Assembly: GCA_951406725.2 (NCBI GenBank)
Contig: OX597820.1
Span: forward strand, 61,504,001-61,568,000
DNA: 64,000 nt
DNA from: Octopus vulgaris
Lineage: Eukaryota
Direction of reading: 5' to 3'
The notes below the pieces were generated by a model. That model was given only the letters and a program-made list of their open reading frames with translations. It had not been told where the DNA came from and made no database searches. This document shows, piece by piece, positions 55,614 to 64,000 of the stretch (its first letter is position 1; every line of letters begins with the position of its first letter). Made by a program: the position numbers and the translations under genes.

Positions 55614-55754
55614 TGAACATAGTCGGCATTGGTTCTTCAAAGGGATCATGATATTGGACGGAGAAATTCAAACCAAATCTTTGTTTCGTATGGTTATGGA
55701 CACCCAAGATTTCAGCAACAACAATAGTATCATTAAATTCAATGACAATAGTAG
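55614..55754 (+). CDS. PFAS: PFAS coding exon 5 (EHSRHWFFKG...KFNDNSS)
   Basis: NSEHSRH signature is formed across the splice; aag acceptor, gtaagt donor. Confidence 0.95.
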
Positions 55755-55847
55755 GTAAGTTGACGCATAGTTCTCTTTGCTCTCTTTTTGTTCCCATTTG
55801 CACAGGCAATGGAGTCTGGTGCAGCTCTCCAGCTTGGCAGCTCCTGT

Positions 55848-55938
55848 ATGATGATGATGATGGTGGTGGTGGTGGTGGTGGTGGTGGTGGTGGTGGTGGC
55901 GGCGGTGGCGGTGGCGGCTGCGGCTGCTGCTGCTGCTG
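55848..55938. repeat. compound trinucleotide microsatellite (GAT)n(GGT)n(GGC)n(GCT)n
   Basis: read directly from the sequence. Confidence 0.95.
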
Positions 55939-55939
55939 A

Positions 55940-56282
55940 GCGAACGGTCTTCATCCCAGAGCTCGCAAGATGGGAGAAGTCCGAAACGTGGTTCTTTGCT
56001 ATTCGTAAGACCCGCAGAAGAGAAAGCAGGTCACCCCCCCGACACCGAGAGCATCGACGGATGGATGAATGCGCATCCAGGCTCAGCGGTTGCGTAGGAA
56101 GTCGGGGACAAGAAGCAGGAAGAAAGAGTGAGAGAAAGCTGGGGCGAAAGAGTACAACAGGGGTCACCGCCACCCCCTGCCGGAGCCTCGTGGAGCTTTA
56201 GGTGTTTTCGCTCAATAAACGCACACAACGCCCGGTCTGGGAATCGAAACCGTGCTTTAACCATTGGGCCATTGTGCCTCCA
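55940..56282 (-). mobile_element. young, CpG-rich tRNA-derived SINE (family B-related)
   Basis: minus-strand head TGGCCCAATGG...GGTTTCGATTCCC; body shared with 30212-30400. Confidence 0.8.
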
Positions 56283-57371
56283 CTTGCTGCTGCTGTTCTG
56301 GTTTTGTTTTTTTTTTCTACATGGATTCCACATTGGCATATTTTCAGGATTTGACAATTTGTGACAGGACGCTATTAATATTGTTTGAGGTGAGAATGGA
56401 TTTAGGCAGGCTGAAATAGTCAGCAATTACATACACAGCATCAAGGAATATTGGAAGTTTCTTCTGGTGCTTAGTACATCAAGTGATGAAGGATTTTGAC
56501 AAGTAGCTATGATGAAGTCCAGAGGAAAGTGGAGAGACACTGTGAAACCTGGCCATCTTATTTCTTTATTGCCCACAAGGGGCTAAACACAGAGGGGACA
56601 AACAAGGACAGACAAAGGTGTTAAGTTGATTACATCGACTCCAGTGTGTAACTGGTACTTGATTTATCGACCCCGAAAGGATGAAAGGCAAAGTTGACCT
56701 CGGTGGAACTTGAACTCAGAACGTAACAACAGACGAAACGAACTGTTACGCTAAACGTAAACAAAGCGAAAGAAACGATAGTTTGTGGTTTCCTACAACC
56801 TTAAATGAAATTAAGACTATTTTGCCATAAATATTATTATGGGTATCAGAAAGTTACCCAGAATAACAAATTCTATCGTAAAATTTTTTTGTATACCCAA
56901 TTGAATATTAGCTAATAACCCATTTTCTATAGCGATGTTTGAACAAAATTTTAATAATTTTATATTTTGTTGAATTTACCTGTATCTACCTGCAATTAGA
57001 GTCACTTTGTGACAAAAATTATAGTATAGAATTGGTTGAGAATATTTCATTAAATTATCTTCCAAAAATCAGATTAATATATTGATGAATAAAAAAGTTA
57101 TAGTTGTTTAATGAAACCAGACTAAATTTATGATTACGTTAGAAATTAATTGAAACACATAAGGGGTGTATTTTGGTCAGAAATATAGTAACGAAAGGGT
57201 TAATTGCTCAGAAATTGGTATCTATGCTATTGAATTATAATTATTTAAATACTACTACTGCTACAGTTGGGTATTTTTACCTCCTTGTTTTTTTCCTGTG
57301 TTCAATCATTGTTCTGTGGTTAACCCACATGGATAAGATGATACAGTATCATGTCTTCATTTTTATTTATT

Positions 57372-57590
57372 GACATCGAAGGAAAGGGGCTTTCTCCGTC
57401 CGGGTTGCGGATCTGTGGAATAAGCTGCCGGACGAGATAGTGAGATGCCGACAACCGCTCGGTTCAAAGTTTCTCTTGACCAGAAATGGCCTGAACTCTT
57501 TGCATGAACACATTCCCTGTACATAACTCCATGTCCCCCTACATGGCCTTGCTTTTTGCTTTTTGAGCCAAAAAATTAACTTAACTATTA
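57372..57590 (+). mobile_element. short CR1-like LINE 3' end
   Basis: encodes RRKGAFSVRVADLWNKLPDEIV, a typical CR1/L2 C-terminus; CpG retained. Confidence 0.7.
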
Positions 57591-58569
57591 CATATTTTAC
57601 CTGATTTCTTACCTGCATTGCTTAAATGTCTTAAAAATATATTGTAAGTAATTTTTGTTGGACTCACCTTGGAGACACCTTGATATTCTTGCTGTAAGAA
57701 TTGTAATCTTTATTCCATTGTTGTATGAATAAAACTTGAATGATATTTCTGTTTTGAAAAATATTTACCTCCCTCTATCCTCATCTGCAAGCATAAAGTT
57801 TCCTTCCACAGGGTTTGTAGTCTTGCAAGCTGCATAGTGATCTTACTAGTGCTTGCAACAAGAAAAAGCTGTAAAGTGGTTGTTGTTAGGAAGGGCATCC
57901 AGTTATAGAAACCACACCAAAGCAAACATTGGAGCATAAAGCAGTTGTTGGGCTCATAGGATCCTCTCAAACCAGCCAACCTATGCCAGCATAGAACATG
58001 GATGTTAAATGATGATGAGGATGATGCTGTATTCCCAACCATCTACTGACATCTTAGCATTTACACCAAGTAATACTCACAATGGAATATTACTGCCACA
58101 CTGGAGACTGTGTTATTGCTTCACATACCAATACCTTAAATCACACCTTCTAAAAAAACCACCTGACTGATTAGCATAGAATCACTCACAACTATACTTA
58201 TGTAGCTCATAGATATGCCATTTTCTTGCTCTATTTTTTCCTAAGCTACTACAATGATCCCTGCCCCTTTATGTTAACTAATTTTTTCCTCTTCCATCCA
58301 GGCCCATTACTCCTTGTCACCCTGTTATGTTCTCAAGGATGCACACTTGCCACTTTTCTACCCCTTCTTTCCCAGAAGGACCAACCCTTGGAATTCCCTC
58401 CCTGTCTATATATTATTGCTCAGTATTCTTATTTTTCTGTCCTAAGAAAACCATTATCTTTTATTAACAAATCTAATTCATATTTTGGTTGAAACCAAAT
58501 TCTAGAGAAAAATTTGCTTTTTGGACACAAGTGTTTTTTCAGTTATTAATTATATTCTGATTGTTTCAG

Positions 58570-58697
58570 TGCTATTGATGGTTTTGAAGTAAGTGTCTTG
58601 TTACCTGAAGACAGTTCCAAAGCTAGTCCTTTTGTGGTAAAAGAAAAACAGAAGAGACATATTATTTTTACTGCAGAGACTCATAATTTCCCTACAG
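58570..58697 (+). CDS. PFAS: PFAS coding exon 6 (AIDG...FTAETHNFPT)
   Basis: ETHNFPT motif, canonical splice sites. Confidence 0.95.
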
Positions 58698-59816
58698 GTA
58701 TGTATTAATATTTATTGGTTTCAAAGTTTGGCACAGGGCCAGCAATTTCAGGGTAGCAGATAAGTCAATTGCATCAATCCCAGGGCTCAACTGGTACTTA
58801 TTTTATCGACCTTGAAAGGCAAAGTTGACCTCAAAGGAATTTAAACACAAAACATAAAGACAGATGAAATACCATTAAGCATTTTGCCCGGTGTGCTAAC
58901 GATTCTGTCATCTCTCTGCTTTAATATATGATATATTCTTTTCTACTTATTTGTTAAAGAGAAAAGATGGCATGTCCAGAAGTTTGAGGGTTGCAGCTTT
59001 TGTGAGTGTTATTTTAGGTTTCAGATCAGGAGCTCAAAATAAATGGCTAATTAAGATTATATCACACCTTCCTGTGGGACAAGGTGGTCAGAGAGTACTT
59101 CTGTCAGTGGCACCTTTCCAAGCAATGGATCAGTGTTTCTTAACAGCTGAACATGTTTTGACCATGTCAGAGAATTAATGATAAAATTATTAGGACTTCC
59201 CAATTTAGAGCAATGTGCAGAGTTAAACATTACACTTATGAAGTGATTGCAAGTTTAAAACTCTAGAAGGCAGTGTCCCAAGATTCATTCAATTTTTTTT
59301 GTTGCATTAGACATATTAAGAATTTTGCTTCCCAAGTGTCTTCTAATATAGCTTTGGATTCACCAAAGCCTTGCAAATGTATTTTGGTAGGCAGAAAGGG
59401 AAAGAAGTCCATATTGTATTGTGCCCTTGGGCAAGGCACAGAATTCTTATCAATTTGACAGATCATAAAAGGATATACATTTTTCTCATGGTCAGTAGGC
59501 AGGGCATCCAACTCTAAAAGCAATTTTTTAAAACAAAAGTCATGTCACTCAGATGAGTGTGATAAAATGAATGCAAAAATGGAATATGTCACAGATATGA
59601 GGAGGGGAAAAAAACTGAATTTAAGGCAATGTGTAATTGTCCAGTCAACAAAAAAAAAAAAAATGGAGGTTGGGGTGGGGGATATTATTGAGATGGCTAA
59701 ATACATTTAGAGAGTGTCAGAAGCGTTTTTACAGTATTTAGTTTCACTTCTTGTAGTTCTGAGTTGAAATCCTACTGAGACCAACTTTAAATGTTTATCC
59801 TTCTGGATAAAATAAA

Positions 59817-59927
59817 TACTTGCCAACATAATGTGGCTGTCCTGAAAGGGACAATGTTACTGTTGTTTTAGCCCCAAGAAACAGTAACATCGTCCCTTTT
59901 AGGACAGGCACAGTATGTTGGCAAATA
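59817..59927. repeat. ~110 nt hairpin (48 bp arms), internally deleted relative of the 22090 fold-back element
   Basis: arm tgccaacataatgtggctgtcctgaaagggacaatgttactgtt resembles tgtcaacttaatgtgatagtcccataaaagggaagaatgctactgtt. Confidence 0.85.
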
Positions 59928-60082
59928 GCATTTACTTTGAAGAACTGTTACTGAATGTCTGTCTTTGAGAGATTTAGAAATAAAAATAAATACTAATAAT
60001 AAACTGCTGGCAAATCAATCATTATTCCAGAATAAAATGAGCACTGAGGGTAAGAAACAATCATTGCCCCCACCCTAATATA

Positions 60083-60700
60083 ATCTTTTCTACTCTAGGT
60101 ACATGACCCAAAATTTTTGGGGAGGGGGCCAGTCAATTAGATCGCCCCCAGAATGCAACTGGTACTTAATTTATCGACCCCAAAAGGATGAAAGGCAAAG
60201 TCGACCTTGGTGGAATTTGAACTCCGAACATAAAGATAGACGAAATGCCTATTTCTTTACTACCCACAAGGGGCTAAACACAGAGAGGACAAACAAGGAC
60301 AGACAAACAGATTATATTATATCGACCCCAGTGCATAACTGGTACTTATTTAATTGACCCCGAAAGTCGACCTCGGCGGAATTTGAACTCAGATGAAATA
60401 CCTATTTCTTTATTACCCACAAGGGGCTAAACACAGAGGGAACAAACAAGGACAGACATAGGTATTAAGTCGATTACATCGACCCCAATTCGTAACTGGT
60501 ACTTAATTTATCGACCCCGAAAGGATGAAAGGCAAAGTCGACCTCGGCAGAATTTGAACTCACAACGTAACGCAGATGAAATACCGCTAAGCATTTTGCC
60601 CGGCGTGCTAACGTTTCTGCCAGCTCGCCGCCTTACTCAGATGAAATACCGCTAGGCATTTCTTCCAGCGTGCTAATGATTCTGCCAGCTTGCCACCCTA
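60083..60700 (-). mobile_element. triple-nested SINE family C copies
   Basis: inner copy 60403-60634 is flanked by the 16 bp TSD actcagatgaaatacc. Confidence 0.85.
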
Positions 60701-60760
60701 ATATAATGAACATCAAAGTAAGTTTGCTTCTGTTAATTATTGTTTTAACTCTCTTGATAG

Positions 60761-60889
60761 GAGTTGCTCCTTTTCCTGGGGCCACTACAGGTACTGGTGG
60801 TAGAATTCGAGATGTTCACTGTACTGGACGAGGTGCACATGTTGTGGCAGGCACAGCTGGTTACAGTTTTGGAAATCTTAATATACCTG
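60761..60889 (+). CDS. PFAS: PFAS coding exon 7 ([18 protein letters not shown]...FGNLNIP)
   Basis: [12 protein letters not shown] signature. Confidence 0.97.
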
Positions 60890-61180
60890 GTAAGGAGAAT
60901 AATAATTCTATTTGTTGTTTTTATTAATTTTACTTGTTTAATATTGATGAAAATGATTCTTATCAGATGTATCTCAAATTCATGCTCAATCTAAGTTTTT
61001 GACACAATTCATTGTTTGGTTTAAGAGTTCACTCCCTGATTTTTTTGGTGCTTTTAAGGATTCTCAATTTTTTGAAAGTGTTTAGGCCCTGAAGCATTTG
61101 CATCTTCATCAAAATCTTTTAGTTTCTCAATTTTGCTATTGTACAATATCTTATTGAAAAAATGTTTTCCTATTTTTGTT

Positions 61181-61803
61181 TCATCATCATCATTGTTTAA
61201 CGTCTGTTTTCTATGCTAGCATGGATTGGATGGTTCAACCAGGGTCTGGGAAGCCAGGAGGCTGCACCAGGCTCCAGTCTGATCTGGCAGTGTTTCTACA
61301 GCTGGATGCCCTTCTTAATGCCAACCACTCTGTGAGTGTAGTGGGTGCTTTTTACTTGCCACTGGCACAGGAGCCAGAGGAGGCTGGCAACGGCCACGAT
61401 CAGTCGGTGCATTTTACGTGCCACCGGCATGGACACCAGTCTAGGCGGTGCTGGCATCAGCTACGTTCGGATGGTGCTTTTTATGTGCCACCAGCATGAG
61501 TATCACAACTACAATTTCTATTTGATTTTTATTTTGATGTTGATGTACTTGACTCAGTAGGTCTCCTCAAGCACAGCAGGTTGCCCTATGATCCAAGGTA
61601 AGCACAGCAGGCTGTCCTGTAGGCCATGAACTTACTTCATTTGTCAGGTCTTTGCAGTCACAGCATATCTGTAGAGGTCTCGGTCTTTCGTCATTGCCTC
61701 TGTGAGGCCCAATGTTTGAAGGTCATGCTTGACCACCTCATCCCATGTCTTCTTGGGTCTACCTCTACCCCGGATTCCTTCAACTGTTTGGGAGTGGCAC
61801 TTC
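61181..61803 (-). mobile_element. RTE LINE 3' end with tail
   Basis: 61680-61800 is the reverse complement of ~8880-9000; tail repeat follows. Confidence 0.8.
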
Positions 61804-62313
61804 TATGTTTTTGATTTATGCATTTGAATTATAATTTCTTTCTTATGGTTTGTATTTTATATTTATTTCTGCTAAGACAAATTGATGTCCAGGAAAATGT
61901 TTACATTTGTTGAACTTATCAACATTGTTTCTTCCCTTTTTATCACTTGAATAATTTTATATTCATGCAATTTATAATCTTAAATATCCTCAGCTTTATT
62001 ATCTAGATGGAAAAATGTTTATCTTTCTTATATTTTAAAAATCTAAGTGATGTTTCTCTCAAAATTCAATTGTGTTATATGTATTTGATTAGTTTTGTGT
62101 TTAGGAATATATAAGTTTATAAGAAAGGGTAATTTTTAAATTATAGAAAATGATTATTATTTGTAGTCCAAATAGCATAGTAGTGGAAAGAAATTACCTT
62201 GTGTAGGTTAAGAGTTAAATTATTGCTACTTATTTTATTTTTATACTTAAAAAATTGTTTTTTATTCTTCGAGTTCTGTTGTATTTCATTTATTTTTCCT
62301 TAATTTATTTTAG

Positions 62314-62577
62314 GTTATGTTCAACCATGGGAAGAAGAAAAAAAATTTGATGGTCCTGTAAAGTTTGCTTCTGCTTTGGATGTTGCTATTGAAGCAAGTA
62401 ATGGTGCTTCAGACTATGGCAACAAATTTGGAGAACCAGTTCTTGCTGGTTTTGCTCGTTCTTTCGGTCTTTGCTTACCAAATGGAGAATGGAAAGAGTA
62501 TGTAAAACCAATAATGTTTAGTGCTGGAATTGGAATGCTGGAAGATATGCATATAAAAAAACAAGTAGCAGAAGAAG
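62314..62577 (+). CDS. PFAS: PFAS coding exon 8 (...ASNGASDYGNKFGEP...KPIMFSAGIG)
   Basis: conserved motifs; tag acceptor, G|gtgaaa donor. Confidence 0.97.
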
Positions 62578-63194
62578 GTGAAAATGTTTTTTCCATCCTT
62601 TTAAATAAATTTGGCTCTGTTGATGTCATAAGAATTTTTTTTGTGTGATATACACACCAATGATGACATTGGTGTGTATATCACCAATGTCATCATCGTT
62701 TAATGTCCGCTTTCCATACTTGCATGGTTTGAACGGTTTGACAGCAGTTGACCAGGTAGGAGCCTATAACAGACTTCTGTGTCTGTTTTGGCAGAGTTTT
62801 TATGGCTGGATGCTCTTCCTAAAACCAGCCACCCAGCAGAGTGGACTGAGTGCTTTTTACATGGCACAAGCACAGGCAAGGTGGGTTTTGGCAATGTTTT
62901 TACAGCTGGATGTCCTTCCAAACACCAACCACTTTACAGTGTGGACTGGATACTTTTTACATGGAATCAAATCAAACTCTATCATTGGTTAACTTTGACA
63001 ATCGACTAAAGTGGACATCCTTCCTACCTTGTTAGTATAATTTAACATGGTTCCTGTGTTCTTTTAGTTAGCATTTTGTTGACAAAATTAAAAAAAAAAC
63101 AATCATCTGCTTGGACAAAATTGACTCACAACTTAACTGGCCAAAATTAATTTGAGTATTTTATAATTTTACCTGTTTTGAATTTTTCTTACAG

Positions 63195-63425
63195 GAATGG
63201 AAGTGGTAAAAATTGGTGGCCCTGTTTATCGTATCGGTGTTGGGGGTGGTGCAGCATCTTCTGTTGAAGTTCAAGGTGACAACAAATCTGATTTGGATTT
63301 TAATGCTGTTCAAAGAGGAGATGCTGAAATGGAACAGAAGTTGAACCGATTGATACGTTCATGTATAGAATTGAAGGAAGGAAACCCAATCCTCAGTATT
63401 CATGACCAAGGAGCTGGTGGAAATG
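63195..63425 (+). CDS. PFAS: PFAS coding exon 9 (GGPVYRIGVGGGAASS...HDQGAGGN); gene continues beyond the window
   Basis: conserved motifs; cag acceptor, G|gtaaat donor. Confidence 0.97.
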
Positions 63426-63951
63426 GTAAATAATATTGCTTTGGTTTATTAATTAGATAAAATAGTAAATAACACTCCATGTTTAATTATTATTTAACTT
63501 GATTAAAAGTTTTGTTATTCATCATCATCATCATCATCACCATTTTAACACTTCAAATTATTCTGTCATTGTTTTGAATTAATCTTGCATTTTCTTGTAT
63601 CTTTGCGAATTCTGCAATGTGATTGTTTATTTTTAGAATAACTTTGTAGGGCTGGTATTAGAGTCCAGATCTGGTTTGTTTTGAATATAATACAGGTAGA
63701 ATATTTGGGCCAAATATTGTTGGTTTAAATGCTGATGGGTAATGTCAACTTTTCTATGCTTGCCCAGGTCAATTGGAATTCATTGATGTATTGATTTTAC
63801 TATGACTGGGTGTTCTTCCAGTCACTAACTCTCATTTCCCTGGAGGTGGTCATGTTTTTATGGAAGAATGGAAATGAGGGACTTTGTTTGAATGACAGTG
63901 ATGTGCCACTTATAACTATCTTATGATGATAAGACAAAGAGGCACACGTAT

Positions 63952-63987
<36 letters not shown>

Positions 63988-64000
63988 GACAGACTTTTTC

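Noticed and set aside
55739-56426. Overlapping 130-144 aa ORFs
   Set aside because: They arise from a microsatellite plus a GC-rich SINE; no protein signature.

Overview
AT-rich, repeat-dense animal genomic DNA; the SINE/LINE repertoire and gene content suggest an octopus/coleoid cephalopod (inference). There are two spliced + strand genes. The first is an egghead-like GT2 beta-1,4-mannosyltransferase (CDS 28628-28664 + 31211-32673, 499 aa), probably with a long 5' intronic region and a ~4 kb 3' UTR. The second is the 5' part of PFAS/PurL (FGAM synthase; nine phase-consistent coding exons 49884-63425, ~524 codons, continuing past the window). The rest is RTE, RTE-BovB and CR1 LINE fragments, several tRNA-derived SINE families, TTAA and hAT MITEs, and a full-length decayed Chapaev3-type DNA transposon with nested insertions. 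The most notable signal is three minimal type I hammerhead-ribozyme-like cores in three different repeat types. One, nearly canonical, sits at the apex of a ~350 bp fold-back element (22090-22441) that has a ribozyme-less ~110 nt hairpin relative at 59817-59927. One lies in a tRNA-headed SINE, and one in an insert within a (TA)n tract. All family assignments are from recalled motifs, not database searches.
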